From positions 1 to 64,000 of the forward strand of contig CAWAAW010000040.1 in assembly GCA_963779785.1 (NCBI GenBank): 64,000 nucleotides of DNA, read 5' to 3'. Position numbers and translations under genes: made by a program. The stretch comes from an uncultured Planctomycetota bacterium (GTDB taxonomy: Bacteria; Planctomycetota; Planctomycetia; Isosphaerales; Isosphaeraceae). Of this stretch, positions 33,126 through 44,513 are shown piece after piece; positions within the stretch are counted from its first letter, which is position 1, and every line of letters begins with the position of its first letter. The notes beneath the pieces are model-generated. The model had not been told where the DNA came from, ran no database searches, and saw only the letters and a list, made by a program, of their open reading frames with translations.

Positions 33126-35211
33126 TCATTCTGGCTGGCGCACATTCCAGATCAAGATCGAGGTGTCGGACATGCCCGTGACGAGCTGCTTGCCGTCGGG
33201 CGTGAAGGCCAGGGCGAACGAGGTGTGAGTCCCAGGTGGAGTGGCGACGGTCCCGACTTCGCGTCCGTCGGCGACATTGTAGAGATGAATGTCGGGATCG
33301 TTCCAGCCTCGGCCTACCGCCAGGGTCTTGCCGTCGGGTGAGAAGGCGACCGCTTCGATGTTGGAGGCTTGCTTGACCAGGATCTTGTGATGCTCCTGGC
33401 CGGTGATACCGTCCAGGAGAAGAACCACCGTATCCGGGCCCATCTCGCTGTAGGTCCGTCCGTCGGCCAGCTTGAACTGCTGGTATCTGGTTGCCTCGAC
33501 CACGGCGAGCGTGCGGCCATCCGGCGAGAAAGCGACGGCATAGCCCCTCGGCACCGCGAAAAGCTCCTTTCCTTGCTCGAGCTCCGCGACATGGACCCCT
33601 CCGCTCATATTCCCGACGACCGCCAGGCGACGACCATCGGGCGAGAAGACTGCGCTTCGGGCGAAGTTGCTCGCAAACTGGATGGGGGGACGAGCCCCGA
33701 GAAACTTGGGTTCCGGTGCCGCGCGTTCCTGGGTTGTTGCGATGTCCCAGCTCGTCAATTTGCCATCGTTCCAGCATACCAGGATGGAATCCCCCTCATC
33801 CGAGAAACGAGCGCCAATGGGACTGATGGATTCACCCGGGGACGGGAATTTCCGTCGGAGCTTGCCCGTCGGCACATGCCAGAGATGGACAGGTTCCTTG
33901 TCCGTGCTCGGATAACTCGAGCCCGTGACCAGCCATTGCTGGTTGCGAGAGAGGGCCAGTGTGCGCATCCAGCCGCTATGCTTCAGGACGGCTCGCTGCC
34001 GGCCCGTCCGCGCCGGGTCGCCAGACAGATCCCAAATCCGCACTGTGTGATCGTCGCTCCCGGAGATCAACGCCTTGCCCTTATCGAGGAAAAGGAGGGC
34101 GTGGACGGTACCGAGGTGCGCTTTGAGAGTCGCCAGCCGGTCCATGGCGGTGGTCCGGTCCCAGAAGTGGAGCACACAGTCTCCGCCGCGAGTCGCGATC
34201 GTTCGCCCATCCGGCGAGAAGGCCAAGGGGCCGTCGGCGAGGCCATCGGTCGCGAGCGGCTCGGTCGCCTCGCCTGTTTCTAGATCCCAGATCGTGAGAT
34301 GGCCTTCCCGACCCGTCGCTGCCAGGTGTTTCCCATCCGGCGAGAATGCCAGGAAGTGAATCGACTGATTCTTGCCGGTCAATCGCTCGATCGGTGTTCC
34401 ATCGGCGACGTGCGCAGAGTTGGATAGCACCCTCAAATCCCGCCGGTTTTGCCAGCGTCTTCCCATCGGGCGAAAAAGCGAGGCGCGAACTGGACGAACC
34501 CTCGGGCTCCTTGAGCTGGCGCTCTTCGCGACGATCCACCACGTTCCAGAGTTGAACAGTCTCGTTGGAGACCGCCACGAGGTGGCTCGCCGCGTCAGGC
34601 GAGAACGCGATTTCACGGAGTTGTGCTCGGCCCAGGTCTGCCTCGAACGACAGCTTGCCGCTGGCTACATCCCAACAGCGGAGCGTATCGCCGATCGTGG
34701 CGATGGTCTTGCCGTCCGGTGCGAAGGCAAGCTTTAGACCAGCGTGATCTTGCCCCCCTTCGATCGGTGTGATTTCTCGGCCAGAGGCGAAATCGGTGAA
34801 GATCAAGCGATGAAAAAGCAGCCGTTTCTCGCGATCCAGTCCTAAGCACGTCGCCGCGAGGGTTTTCCCGTCGGGAGAAAAGGCGAAGTCATGGATGTCA
34901 TCCCCGCCGAGATCGAGCCGGCGAACCTTGCGCCCATCACGGGCGTCCCAGACTTGAAGCCCGAGTTTCCCGTTGTTGGTGACCACGAATCGCCCGTCGG
35001 GTGAATATGCAATCCGCTCGATCCGATCGTCTTGCCGGCAGCGGACCGTACCCAAGCGCATTGCCGCCCCGGACGGCAAGGGATCACCGTGGCGATCGGT
35101 CCTCTGTTGTGCGTCCCGCTCGGTCTGCCCCGCCGCCAACAAGACCGGCGCGGTCCACGCCAGAATACCAAGTGCCAGTACGCCCAGGGCCGCGCAGCGG
35201 AATACGTGCAA
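33126..35211 (-). CDS. secreted WD40-repeat beta-propeller protein of about 690 aa; apparent frameshift near 34420
   Basis: The signal peptide reads MHVFRCAALGVLALGILAWTAPVLLAAG. It has many LAFSPDGKTLA..W[DN] repeats. Confidence 0.75.
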
Positions 35212-35646
35212 CGCGCATGAACATCAGGATCTCCTTCAGCAAAACGACAATCGCCGCGGACATCCCGACCAAGGTAAGGCGCCAGCCTAACGCCCGGGCC
35301 AGTAATCCTCCGAGCGGAACCTCGGCGAGACCCCAATGTTACCAAGAATTCCGAAGCGATCCGCGAGGTAGGCAGAAACTAGAGCGCGTCGCGATTCGTT
35401 CGCGCACGCACGGGAATCCTCCTCCTGACCCTGGGCTGATGAAAAACTGGCGTTGACCGTGCTCCAGGGGCGTTCCCGATTCCGGCGTCGTTGATGGTGT
35501 GGGGCGGGTTGGATGCGCCGAGGAGGGAACCAGCGGGTTAGGAAACCCGCTCCACCGGTTTTCGCTATCCACCGCCACGGCCGTAATACCGGCTCCAGGT
35601 CTCGTGTCGGTTCCGTGGTCCGGCAAGGAGATGTTCGGGTGTCCCC

Positions 35647-35964
35647 TTACAGAGACTTGGCCTTCATCCCGTTGACCAGGTCGATCGCGGCATGCGCTCC
35701 GTCGACGAACCCGTGGACGACGGCGTTCTCTTTCGGGATCGTGCGGACGACCAGGACGGTGGGGAAGACGATCCCGTAAGAGACGGCGTAGCAGGCTTTG
35801 TAAGTGATATCGGAGAGGAAACCGCTGATAGCCGGTAATGCGTTGGACGCACTCGCCGTTACGTCCTGCACTCCCGCCTCTGCCGTGTGTACCGCGGAGT
35901 CCAAAGCATCGGCGACGGCCTTCAACGGGTCATTAATCACGGAATTCACCGTTTCGTTCGACAT
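35647..35964 (-). CDS. small hypothetical protein of 105 aa (paralog of 24933-25254)
   Basis: Start is at MSNETVNSVINDPLKAV... The ORF is intact. Confidence 0.5.
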   Translation of the reverse strand: MSNETVNSVINDPLKAVADALDSAVHTAEAGVQDVTASASNALPAISGFLSDITYKACYAVSYGIVFPTVLVVRTIPKENAVVHGFVDGAHAAIDLVNGMKAKSL

Positions 35965-36266
35965 AAACTCGACTCCTGCGTGATCCCCACAAATAGGGTG
36001 TGTCGCCAAATGTATCCCAGACTGCCAATCCTGGCTTTCAGGGAATTCTCGACTCTGATTGCGGATTCTAACGGTTGGATTCTTTCAGGCCTGGCTCTGA
36101 GGATCACTTTGGTCGCGGGGAGCAGTTTGCGAAACGACCTCGCCCAACGGACGCGATCGTTGCCGCGAATTCCGAGAAACTTGGATAAAATCGTCCCCCT
36201 GGTTGCTTTATTCATAGAGAAGGCAACCGATCGCAAAGCCGAGTAAAGAAAAGAGGGGACGGGCTC

Positions 36267-37219
36267 ATGACGCGAGATGTTGGCGGGACTTCCCGGCTTT
36301 TCCTCAAGACGCTCTTTGAGGATGGGGTCTCCGCCGGGCTGACGGACGGGCAGCTTCTCGAGCGAGTTCGCGACCGGCCGCGGCGAGGCGGCTGAGCTGG
36401 CCTTCGCGATCCTGGTCGAGCGACATGGGCCGATGGTGCTCCGCGCCTGCTCGCGGTATTCTCCGCGACGACCACGAGGCGATGGACGCGTTCCAGGCGA
36501 CGTTCCTGGTCCTGGTGCGCAAGGGCCGCTCGCTCTGGGTCCGCGATTCGTTGGGTCCCTGGCTGCACCGGGTCGCCTGCCGAGCCGCGGGGCGAGCCAG
36601 AGTCGAGGCGAGCCGTCGACGGGCGCTCGAGCGAAGATTGGCCGAGGTGACGCTCCATCGAACCGTTGGCGAGGATCGGGACGGTCTGGCGGCGGCCGTG
36701 CACGAGGAGTTGGACCGCCTGCCGGACCGCTATCGCGTGCCCATCGTGCTCTGCGACCTGGAAGGCCGAACTTGCGAAGAGGCGGCCCGCCACCTGGGCT
36801 GCCCGATCGGCACGATCGGCAGTCGTCTGGCCAGGGGCCGGGAGCGATTGCGGGGCCGCTTGGCCCGTCGCGGCCTGGCCCCGGCGGTTGGGGCACTGGT
36901 GTCGGTGCTGTCGACCGAGTCACAGGGAGCGAGAATGCCCGCTGCGCTGTTGAAATCCACAACCCATCTCGGGCTGTGCGGCGCGTCGGGCCAGGCGGGG
37001 GCCGGTGCGTTCTCAGCCGCCTCCGCCAAGTTGGCCGAGAACGTATTGAGGAGTCTGCTCATGGTCAAGCTCATGTCGGTCGGGGCCGCTTCGGTGGCTG
37101 CCGTTGGTGTCTGCCTGGTGGCGAATTGGACCCTCCAGCCGGGCGTCGAAAGCCCAGGTCCCTCCGGCCAAAGCCCAGGCCCCGCCCACAGCCCAAGCGT
37201 GACCCGGCGAGCGACCTGA
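36267..37219 (+). CDS. ECF (sigma-70 family) sigma factor with a C-terminal transmembrane extension; apparent frameshifts near 36390-36470
   Basis: Region 2 reads DAFQATFLVLVRKGRSL...WLHRVACR. Region 4 reads LPDRYRVPIVLCDLEGRTCEEAARHLGCPIGTIGSRLARGRERLR. The C-terminal TM segment is LMSVGAASVAAVGVCLVANW. Confidence 0.65.
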
Positions 37220-37969
37220 TGGACTTATACCCGTTCATGAATGACAAGGAACGGATGAAGGACTTCATCTACGCGGAAATCGGCAACATGCGTCCGCTGA
37301 TCGAGGATAAGAGGGGAGTTCGCTTTCAGAGCCGGGAAGCGATCGCCTACAAGGACGGCACGGCCAAACTCTGGAGCTGCGGAAAAGAAAGACCCCGTCG
37401 CCCCAACCTTTCGCCACAAGGGCCCGATCCGGGAACTCACGTTTTTCGACCAATCGAATCTCCTGGTCACGCGCTCGGACGAGTCGATCAAGATCTGGGA
37501 CGGCCTCACGGGCGAGCTTCGACAAGGAGCTGAAGGTCAGACGATTCAACCCATGTGGCTCTCGTTCGCTCCCTACGCCAAGCGATTCGTGACGATAGAT
37601 TCCGAGCGACAAGGCCGTGACCGTCTGGGACTCGGTCACCCTCAAGGCCGTCGCCACGATTGCGCTCTGGCGGATGATGATCGGGTCGTCGAGGTGGGCC
37701 TGTCCGGGGATGGCAAGACGGTCGTGATCTTCCGGTACAGCCCGGCTCCCTCGGCCGAACTCTGGGACGTCGCGTCCGGCCGAACCTTCGCCACCCTTCG
37801 GCCGCCGTCATCGGCCCTCGCGGAGATTCTTGGACGACGGGGGCAAGTCGTTGAACAGGGCCAGGCTCCAGAAGTCCGTAGGTCGAGCGCGACACTCGTT
37901 TCTGGGAGGTCGTCCAGTCCCTCGCGCCGACGGCCGGCGAACGGAAGGATGTCTCCGGTCAAACAATGA
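37219..37969 (+). CDS. WD40-like repeat protein overlapping the sigma-factor stop (ATGA); fragmented
   Basis: Repeat-like sequence includes DGTAKLWS, SDESIKIWDGLTGEL and AELWDVASGRTFATL. Confidence 0.4.
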
Positions 37970-38094
37970 AAACCGGAAGGACTCCTGACAATCGGTCATG
38001 CCTCAATGCGAAGATAGGCGGCATCCGCGGCCCTGGCTGAACGCCGGGGCCGATACGAACGGGGACTGTACCCGGTCTCGGTCGTACGAATCGC

Positions 38095-39605
38095 ATGAGG
38101 ATCAAGAGATGCTTGGCCGAACGCTCGTCGTCCGTTTTGATCTTATTCCCGGGGGTTGATCGCCAGGGCGGATGGACCCCCGTCGCCCACCCGGACGCCT
38201 CGCGTCCGCGTCGTGGATCTCGACATCGGCGAGTCGGTCGAGGTCGAGCTCTGCGACGGGTCGAAGGCCCGGGTCAAGTTGCTGGCGGTGGAGGAGATCG
38301 CGCGACCCGATCCGCTCGGCCGTGCGAAGGGCGCAGGTGAAGGTCGAGGTCAACGGGCAGGCGGTCGAGCTGACGTCGGCGACCTATCATCTGCCCACGA
38401 CGGTCGCCGGGGTCCAGGTCGATTGCCCGATCACGCGGGGCTACATGACGAACACCGACCAGGACCACTGGGGCTTGCTCAAGGCGGCGCGCCTGCGCCT
38501 CTGGCCGGCCGGCTCGCCCTGGATCGAGCCGGGCACGTTCGTCTATCCGGCCCGCCAGCGCTGGTTCGCCAGCGCGACCCAGATGGCCAACGAGCCGACG
38601 TTCGTGGACGGGATCGAGCAGCCCTCTCGGACGGAAGATCTACTACCACAGCGGGCTCGACATCGGCGGGGCGGAGGGGATGGTCGATGTGGTCGCCGCC
38701 ACGGCCGGACTGGTCGTTTCCGTCGGCAAGTCGACCTTGCCGGGCTACGACGGGACGCCCGGTGGATCCTCGCTACGACGTCGCCTACATCCTCGACGAC
38801 CGGGGCTGGTACTACCGCTACAGCCACCTCCAGTCGTTCGACCCGGCGATCAAGCCGGGGACCCGCGTCACGCTCGGTCAAAAGATCGGCCTGCTGGGAA
38901 AGGAAGGGGGCAGCGGCGGCTGGTCGCACCTCCACTTCGAGATCGTCAGCCGTCAGCCCTCGGGGCGGTGGGGCACGCAGGAAGGATATGCATTCTTGTG
39001 GGAAGCTTATCTCCGCCAGTACAAGCCGCCGGTCATCGCGGTCGCCCGGCCGCACATCCTCGCCTGTCACGGGCGAACGCATCACGCTCGACGGCTCGCG
39101 ATCCTGGAGTCGCTCCGGCGAGCCGCTTCGTTACGATTGGTCGTTCTCCGACGGGACCACCGCGTCGGGACCTCGGGTCGAGAGGCACTACGACCAGCCC
39201 GGTGAATACAGCGAGATCCTCAAGGTCTCGGACGGCCGGGGGAATGTCGCCTACGACTTCGCCGTGGTCCAGGTGATCGACCGAGCCGACCCCGACGCCG
39301 TGCTCCACTCCATCCACGCCGCCTATTCACCGACCTTGAACCTCCACCCGGCCGACGCGATCACGTTCAAGGTGCGGACCTTTGCCACGACAGACGGGCA
39401 AGAGACCTGGGACTTCGGCGACGGCACACCGGCGGTGACGACGCACTCGGATGGCAACGTCAAGAAGCTCGCCCCGGACGGCTACGCCTCCACGGTCCAC
39501 CGCTACAAGACACCGGGCGACTACCTCGTCCGCGTCGAGCGCAGCGACCGCAAGGGCCGCAAGGCGACCGCGCGACTTCACGTTCATATCGACCCGGCAA
39601 ACTGA
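38095..39605 (+). CDS. M23-family metallopeptidase with two C-terminal PKD domains; fragmented over three frames
   Basis: The LytM motifs are YYSGLDIGG...HLHFEI. The PKD-like repeats are RYDWSFSDGTTASG...EYSEILKVSDGRGN and TWDFGDGTPAVT...YKTPGDYLVRVE. Confidence 0.7.
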
Positions 39606-39735
39606 AACATGTGTGAGAAGTCGCGTAACGCGGCGTCGCACGTCGCCTCGCGGCGTGAGGACCACCGAGGGCCCTGGATCCTCGAGATCAGGGCGATTGT
39701 GCGAGTTCAGGTAGAAACCGGAGCCGGATCACGCG

Positions 39736-41152
39736 ATGAGGTTATCCTGGAAGTTCGTGGTGCCCCTCCTTGTGTGGCTGGCGTTCGTCCTGGTTCCTCA
39801 TCCCGCGGGGATCTCCGGCAACGGCTGGAACTATCTGGGCCTCTTTGCCGGCGTGATCGTCGCCCTGATGCTCGAGCCGTTGCCGCCCGCCGCTGTCGGA
39901 CTGATCGGTGTCACGGCGGCCACGATGCTCGGCTCCGTCGCCCCGAAAGCCGGCCGATGCCATCAAGTGGGGATTGAGCGGCTTCTCGGACGGTACTGTC
40001 TGGCTCATCTTCGGTGCGCTGACGCTCTCCACCGGTTACGAGAAAACCGGCCTCGGGCGCCGGATTGCTCTGTCTCTGGTGCGGCTGATGGGGAGGAGCA
40101 CGCTTGGGCTGGGATATGCCGTGATGCTGGCCGACCTGGCGATCGCGCCGTTCACGCCGTCGAACACGGGGCGGAGTGCCGGGGTGATCTTCCCGATCGT
40201 TCGGAGCATTCCCGCGCTCTATGGCTCGGCGCCTGGGCCCACGGCGCGGCGGATCGGTGCCTACCTGATGTGGACAGCGTTCGCCGCCACGGCCGTGACC
40301 AGCTCGATGTTCCTGACCGCGCTGGCGCCGAACCTCCTGGCACTCGGCCTGGTCCGGCACGAAACGGCTCTCGATATCACTTGGTCCCAGTGGATGCTCG
40401 GCTTCCTTCCGGTCGGCGTGCTGCTGGTCGCAATCCTGCCGTTGCTCGTTTACGTCATCTACCCGCCCGAGATCAAGTCGAGCCCCGATGTTCCCGCCTG
40501 GGCGACAGCGGAGCTGGCGAGAATGGGAAAACTCTCGAAGCGGGAAGTGGTCATGGGGCTGCTGATCCTTCTGGCCTTTGTGCTCTGGGTCTTCGGTGCG
40601 GAGTGGATCCAGCCGACGACCGCGATCCTTGCTGTCGTCTCGCTCATGGTCCTGGTCCGGGTCATCGACTGGGACGACATCATCGGCAATCGGGCCGCCT
40701 GGGACACGGTGGTTTATTTCGCGACCCTCCTGACCCTGGCCGACGGCTTGAACCGCGTCGGGGCGGTCACGTGGGCCGCGCAAGGGGTTTCGCGACAGTT
40801 GGTCGGCGTATCGCCCCTGGCCGCGCTCGTCGTATTGGTGGCGTTCTTCTTTGTGGTCCACTACGGCTTCGCCAGCCTGACCGCTCATACGGTGGTTGTC
40901 TTCCCAGCGCTCCTGGCAGCGGGCGTGTCATTTCCCGGCATGCCCGTGAAGGTGTACGCTCTTGTGCTCGCCTACTCGATCGGGCTGATGGGCGTGCTCA
41001 CGCCCTACGCAACCGGTCCGGCCCCGGTCTACTTCGGGAGCGGGTTCATTCCCCGCAAGGATTTCTGGATCCTCGGATTCGTGTTCGGACTGATCTATCT
41101 CGCCGTCCTACTCGGCGTGGGCGTCCCTTACCTCGTCTCGACTCTCGGTTGA
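39736..41152 (+). CDS. DASS-family (divalent anion:Na+ symporter / SLC13-like) permease; apparent frameshift near 39950
   Basis: It is polytopic, with sequence IALSLVRLMGRSTLGLGYAVMLADLAIAPFTPSNTGRSAGVIFPIV... Confidence 0.75.
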
Positions 41153-41348
41153 TGATGAGCCCACCCATCATCGAGCGGTTTTCGCCAAGCCATACGCTGG
41201 CTCTGCAAATTCCGGTTATAATGTGGGGAATTTGTCTGGATCTTGATGTATCGTAGATCTGGCTGCCTTTGGCGCTCTCGCGAGTGATTCGATCGAATTG
41301 CGGCTGTTTCCGTCGTCCGTCTCGGGCTATTTTTCAGGACGCTCTTCA

Positions 41349-42446
41349 ATGATGACCCAAGTGATGCAGCGTGCCGTGACGCGTAGGTGCACGACGATGA
41401 CGTTGGTCCTGGCCGCCTGGACGAGTGTGGTCGCGCTCGCGTGGGCCGCCGACCGCTCCGGTGCGCAGATCCTCAAGGAGCTCGACGCCCTCGTGGCTCC
41501 CACGCTCGACGCGAGCAAGCGACAGAATCAAGCCTACATGCGACGTTATGTCTCCAAGAGTCATGAGGTAGGGTCAAAACGAGACGCGCTGATTCTTGAG
41601 TTGTATAAGGCCGCGCCCAAGCACGAGCGAATTCCCGAGCTGTTGGGTGAGCGCTGGGGACGGAAACAGGAGCTATCCACGGCGATGTCTCGGGAGATCG
41701 ATGGGATCCTCATCCGCGACAAAAACCCGAAACTCAAGGCGGAAGCGGTGTTAGTCAAGGCTCGGTCCAAGCTCCGCGGAGCTCGGTCGGGCGCTCCCGA
41801 TCTCGCGATGGTCGAGGAGTTCCTCAAGCTGGCTCCGCACGACCCTCGTGGCGCAACATTACTCGAGATCGCTATTGAGCGGACCCGCGGTGAGAAGGCG
41901 AAGGCCACCCTCGAAACTCGGTTGGTGAAGGAGTTTCCGGATTCGTCTTACGCGGTCAAAACTCGACAACCGCGCACGCCGAACGAGTCAATCGGCCGGT
42001 CGTTCGAACTGGCGTTCACCGACGCTGTCACAGGTACCCCTATTTCGATCGAGAAGCTCAAGAGGAAGGTCGTCGTCATCGATTTCTGGGCGACCTGGTG
42101 CGGCCCGTGCGTCCAGGAGATGCCCAAAATGAAGCAACTCTATGCCAAGTATCGTGGCCAGGGGGTCGAATTCATCGGCGTCAGCCTCGACCAGCCTATG
42201 GAGCAAGGCGGCCTCGACAAGCTCAAGACGTTCGTCAAGGAACACGAAATCTCATGGCCACAGTACTACCAGGGCAACGGATGGGAGAGCGAGTTCTCCA
42301 GATCATGGGGTATCAACTCAATCCCCAGGGTGTTCGTCGTCGCCCCTGGCGGCAAACTCCACTCGGTCGACGCCCGTGGCAAGCTCGACTCGATAATCCC
42401 TGAACTGCTCGAGTCCAGAGCCGGGTCGGCCGGTGGCGCCGATTGA
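41349..42446 (+). CDS. TlpA/ResA-like thiol-disulfide oxidoreductase with an N-terminal helical domain
   Basis: It has the WATWCGPC motif and reads VVVIDFWATWCGPCVQEMPKMKQLYAKYRGQGVEFIGVSLD. The ORF is intact. Confidence 0.8.
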   Translation: MMTQVMQRAVTRRCTTMTLVLAAWTSVVALAWAADRSGAQILKELDALVAPTLDASKRQNQAYMRRYVSKSHEVGSKRDALILELYKAAPKHERIPELLGERWGRKQELSTAMSREIDGILIRDKNPKLKAEAVLVKARSKLRGARSGAPDLAMVEEFLKLAPHDPRGATLLEIAIERTRGEKAKATLETRLVKEFPDSSYAVKTRQPRTPNESIGRSFELAFTDAVTGTPISIEKLKRKVVVIDFWATWCGPCVQEMPKMKQLYAKYRGQGVEFIGVSLDQPMEQGGLDKLKTFVKEHEISWPQYYQGNGWESEFSRSWGINSIPRVFVVAPGGKLHSVDARGKLDSIIPELLESRAGSAGGAD

Positions 42447-42501
42447 GCAACAGGTCGGAATCTCGACGCTCTCTCGACACCAACCAGACTGCCGCAGGAT
42501 C

Positions 42502-43487
42502 TTACGAGAAGCCGAGGACCGGATGCGGCATGTACGGCTCCTCCAGCCGCTTGATCTCCTCGGGTCCGAGCTTGATTGACAACGCGGCCAACGCGTCTTC
42601 CAGGTGATGCGGTTTGGTGGCGCCGATGATCGGCGACGTGATGGAGGGCTTGCTGAGCAGCCAGGCCATCGCGACCTGCGCCGGGGCAGCCCGCGGGCGG
42701 CCGCCACTTCGCCGACTCGGTCCACGACCGCCCGGTCGGCCTCCTCGGTCCTGGCGTAGAGCGTTTTCCCGAACTCATCCGACCCGGCCCGTTCCGTGCT
42801 CCCCTTCTGGTCCCACGGTCGGGCCAGCCGTCCGCGGGCCAGTGGACTCCAGGGGATCACGCCGATCTCCTCGACTTCACACAGACCCAGCATCTCTCGC
42901 TCTTCCTCGCGGTACAGCAAGTTATAGTGGTTCTGCATGGAAACGAACCGTGTCCAGCCGTGGAGGTCGGCCAGGTAAAGCGCCTTGCAGAACTGCCAGG
43001 CGAACATCGACGAGCCTCCGATGTACCGCGCCTTGCCGGCCTTGACGACGTCGTGCAGGGCTTCGAGTGTCTCCTCGATCGGTGTCTGGTAATCCCAGCG
43101 GTGCGTCTGATAGAGGTCGATATAATCCGTGCCCAGGCGGCGCAAGCTCGCATCGACCTCGGTCAAGATCGCCTTGCGCGACAAGCCCATGCCATTGGGG
43201 CCGGGATGCATCCGGCTGAACACCTTGGTGGCCAACACGACTTCGTCTCGCTTGGCAAAGTCCTTGAGGGCCCGGCCGACGATCTCTTCGCTCGTGCCGT
43301 CCGAATAGACGTTGGCGGTGTCGAAGAAGTTGATGCCGGCTTCGAGGGCCTGCTTGAAGTACGGCCGGCTCTGCTCCTCGGTGAGCGTCCACGGGTGAGG
43401 TCCGCGCTCCGGAACGCCGTAGCTCATGCAACCGAGACAGAGACGGGAGACCTTGAGGCCGGTTTTTCCGAGGTTCCTGTATTCCAT
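42502..43487 (-). CDS. aldo/keto reductase; apparent frameshift near 42720
   Basis: The N-terminus reads MEYRNLGKTGLKVSRLCLGCMSYG...GINFFDTANVYSDGTSEEIVGRAL. The C-terminus AQVAMAWLLSKPSITSPIIGATKPHHLEDAL is recovered in a second frame. Confidence 0.8.
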
Positions 43488-44052
43488 CGATCAAGCACCA
43501 ATCTGGGGTTCAGTGACTTCGCGCGCTCTGCATCGGTTCGAGCCGGTTTTCGGAAATCAATTCACTGTTCTCAAAGTAATGATCGAGACCGCGTATCTCA
43601 AGCTCCATCGGGAGTCTCGACAGTTGTTCGTCATCAGCGATCCCGGCGGTTGGCTGGTAAAAAGCTGTAACCGAGACGAAGTTTGCCGTCACTTAGAGAA
43701 TTGAAAGAACCGCGGTTTGCCAATCAATCGAGAGGCAACCGCTCATTTCGACACGGGTCGCCGTGAGGCGCTTACCATTTATTTATAGTTAATTTTTACT
43801 AATTTGATGGAGCTCGGCGGCATCGGGGACGTTACGCCCGACCGCCAGGCTCAGACTGGCATCGGTTCGTCTCGGTTGGAGTACTGGCTTTAGCCGATGC
43901 TCTTTCCGGCTGAAGCCGGGACTCCAACAGGGCTTTCGCAAGACGGAGTCGCCGCGAAGAGCCGTGGGCTGGTGTGTTGAAAAGATGAGGGTCGATGGAG
44001 CTCGAGGGCATGGGTTCGAAACGCATGTTTTTGTTGCGTGCCGGCGGTACGT

Positions 44053-44208
44053 CCCCCCCTTGCGAAGGGGGGGCAGGGGGGGTTAACGCGGCAGAGCCAG
44101 TACGTCGGGCCGATGCGACAATTCCGCAGTCCACAGCCGTCACGCAATCGCGCACCGGGCCGTGGTTCCGCTGGGATACCCCCCCTGCCCCCCCTTCTGA
44201 AGGGGGGG
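44053..44208. repeat. pair of inverted ~30-bp poly-C/poly-G hairpin elements (C8-TTGCGAA-G7-CA-G7 and C7-TG-C7-TTCTGAA-G7) 95 bp apart
   Basis: Direct reading of 44053-44083 and 44179-44208. Element 2 is the reverse complement of element 1 apart from 2 loop bases. Confidence 0.5.
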
Positions 44209-44513
44209 ACGACGCGCAACGGAATCGGGATGAAAAGCGAGCTCGTGCAGAACCAACTTTTCATCACCCCAGCCATGGGCAATCCCAACGGCGAGCCTGA
44301 CCGCGCTCGTTACCCGGCGGTAACTCGAATTGAACCGTGCCCATGCTGTTGATCAAGTCGTGCCTCGCGCGGAAAGAACCATGTGCCGTCGGTTCTTGGA
44401 TTCGGGGAGTTTCGACGGAACGTTCCAAACTCGGCGTTCGTCAGAGTAGTATCGAGTCGTTCGGTCCAGCGCCGATTTTCAAGGATGCCCATCCCCTCCG
44501 AGGCTCGCGTGTT

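Noticed and set aside
35946-36962. 338-aa ORF on the minus strand
   Set aside because: It is antisense to the ECF sigma factor gene.
39911-40888. 325-aa ORF on the minus strand
   Set aside because: It is antisense to the DASS transporter gene and is Arg/Asp/Gly-rich.
43870-43960. Possible tRNA suggested by GGTTCG-like T-loop sequence and nested stems
   Set aside because: I could not build a cloverleaf with a 7-bp acceptor stem, D-arm and anticodon arm. It is more consistent with simple hairpins.
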